Source: Octopus sinensis
Lineage: Eukaryota
NCBI RefSeq assembly: GCF_006345805.1
Contig: NC_043001.1
Span: 39,866,001 to 39,930,000 of the forward strand
Direction of reading: 5' to 3'
DNA: 64,000 nucleotides
The notes beneath the pieces are model-generated. The model made no database searches. It saw only the letters and a program-made list of their open reading frames with translations, and had not been told where the DNA came from. Of the stretch, positions 62,623 to 64,000 are shown one piece after another. The position numbers and the translations under genes are program-made. Every line of letters begins with the position of its first letter. Position 1 is the first letter of the stretch.

Positions 62623-63321
62623 CTGAAGGTTTATAGTTTTTCCACAGTGTGTCCTTATTATACCATCATTTCATTCCACTTCCATTTCTCTCTATCACAC
62701 ATTTAATCCAACAAAAATGCCTTTTCATTATACATCCACTAAAAAAATCAATTTCTCAGCTTCCACTCAGTCAGTGATACATGTTAGTATTGCACATCCA
62801 ACAAATGGTGTTAATTCCATTCCTAACCAATATTCATATTGTTCTTTTATGCATCATTTCAACTTCTCACAAATGCACCATGCCATCTACCTTTCATATG
62901 AAGCTGCAAATTCTTTTCATTTTTAATAAGGGAAGAAAATTTTAGAACTTCTGTATTCTGTTCCAATCCAAGTTACAATTCAATCACTAGTACTACTTCT
63001 TGCACTAATCATTTTAACTACTTGGCTACTACATCTAACAAGCCAAATGAAACCCTAAGGATACTGAATTCATAATTTTCTATGTTTCTACTGTCTGAAT
63101 GCAGTTTGTGCACATAAGACCCTGGTTTCTTTACATACAATAACCAAATTGCATTACTGTGCACAAAGTGAGGGCATACATTTCACAGTATAGAATCCAC
63201 ATCTTGCCTGTATGATGTTGGCATGATGTTATACAACTTTTGAGGTCTATACTATCAAACACAGCCAATTCCTGCTCTTTAATTCTCCCCATATTAATAG
63301 AAATATCATCTCTGGTATAAG

Positions 63322-63330
<9 letters not shown>
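62623..63330 (-). pseudogene. Decayed Cys/Trp-rich ectodomain-like exon
   Basis: Donor TCAG|gtatga is phase-compatible with the TM exon; fragments SCITSCQHH, IVTWIG, EYWLGM...FVGC and HFCWIKC lie in different frames with several stops. Confidence 0.5.
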
Positions 63331-63358
<28 letters not shown>

Positions 63359-63371
63359 CATCATTATCATT

Positions 63372-63722
63372 ATTTATCATCATCATCATCATCATCGTTT
63401 AGCGTCCGCTTTCCATGCTGGCATGGGTTGGACGGTGCAACTGGGGTCTGGGAGGCCAGAAGGCTGCACCAGGCCCAGTCTGATCTGGCAGTGTTTCTAC
63501 GTTCCACTGGCACAGGTGCCAGATGAGGCTGGCAAATGGCCACGGTCGGATGGTGCTTTTTATGTGCCACCAGCACGGAGGTCAGGCGAGGCTGGCAAAC
63601 GGCCACGATCGGATGGTGCTTTTTACATGCCACCGGCACGGAAGCCAGTCAGAGCAGCACTGGCAACGGCCATGTTCGGATGGTTCTCTTATGTGCCACC
63701 AGCACTGGTATCACAGCTACGA
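63372..63722 (-). mobile_element. RTE-tailed SINE flanked by (ATT)n/(AAT)n
   Basis: Reverse complement of the 52140-52630 element. Confidence 0.8.
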
Positions 63723-63726
63723 TTTC

Positions 63727-63807
<81 letters not shown>

Positions 63808-64000
63808 TGATGATGATAATAATAAAATTATTGACTATAGTGCTCAGGTGCACTACAACTCATCAAAGGTGCATGTACAGTACATAGAATTATGTACAAA
63901 AGTCAGGAAAGTAAACAGTGTACGAATCATGTTATATGTTATACATGTGTGCATGTGTATGGAGGCAGAGATATCAGGTGTAATGTTAGCAAATTTCAGG

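Larger units (their letters stand above)
15019..63330 (-). other. Multi-exon gene or unprocessed pseudogene for a type I membrane receptor-like protein with a tandem tyrosine-motif microexon tail
   Basis: All exons are on the minus strand and phase-compatible: TM exon (phase 1-1), 60-bp and 42-bp microexons (1-1), 56-bp exon (1-0), terminal exon (phase 0 to TGA). Homologous intron sequence repeats around each microexon. The ectodomain-like exon carries stops and frameshifts. Confidence 0.8.

Overview
AT-rich, repeat-dense eukaryotic genomic DNA. The repeat repertoire points to a coleoid cephalopod, probably Octopus (inference, not a database hit): RTE-tailed retroposons ending ...catgccagcatggaaa-(gat)n, tRNA-derived SINEs with internal microsatellites, Penelope elements and hammerhead-containing palindromes. 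Most of the window is decayed transposons: Penelope x2, Tx1/L1, RTE, an RLE/HERO-like fragment, a Gypsy with both LTRs, mariners, hAT/Buster, Chapaev-like, Helitron and SINEs. Running through them on the minus strand, and invisible to the ORF track, is a multi-exon gene or pseudogene for a single-pass membrane protein. In transcription order it has a decayed Cys/Trp-rich ectodomain-like exon (about 62.6-63.3 kb), an intact 105-bp transmembrane exon (62211-62315), and a tandem array of at least 17 paralogous phase-1/phase-1 microexons of two types. Type A (60 bp, 11 copies) carries YxEV and/or YxxM; type B (42 bp, 6 copies) carries YxN[VIL]. A 56-bp IYEN exon and a short terminal exon close the gene. 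Ten microexons have intact AG/GT sites and open frames, so a variable-length tyrosine-motif tail could be built by exon duplication and skipping. One expansion event can be traced to an unequal crossover inside a type A exon. Whether the locus is still expressed cannot be decided from the sequence alone.
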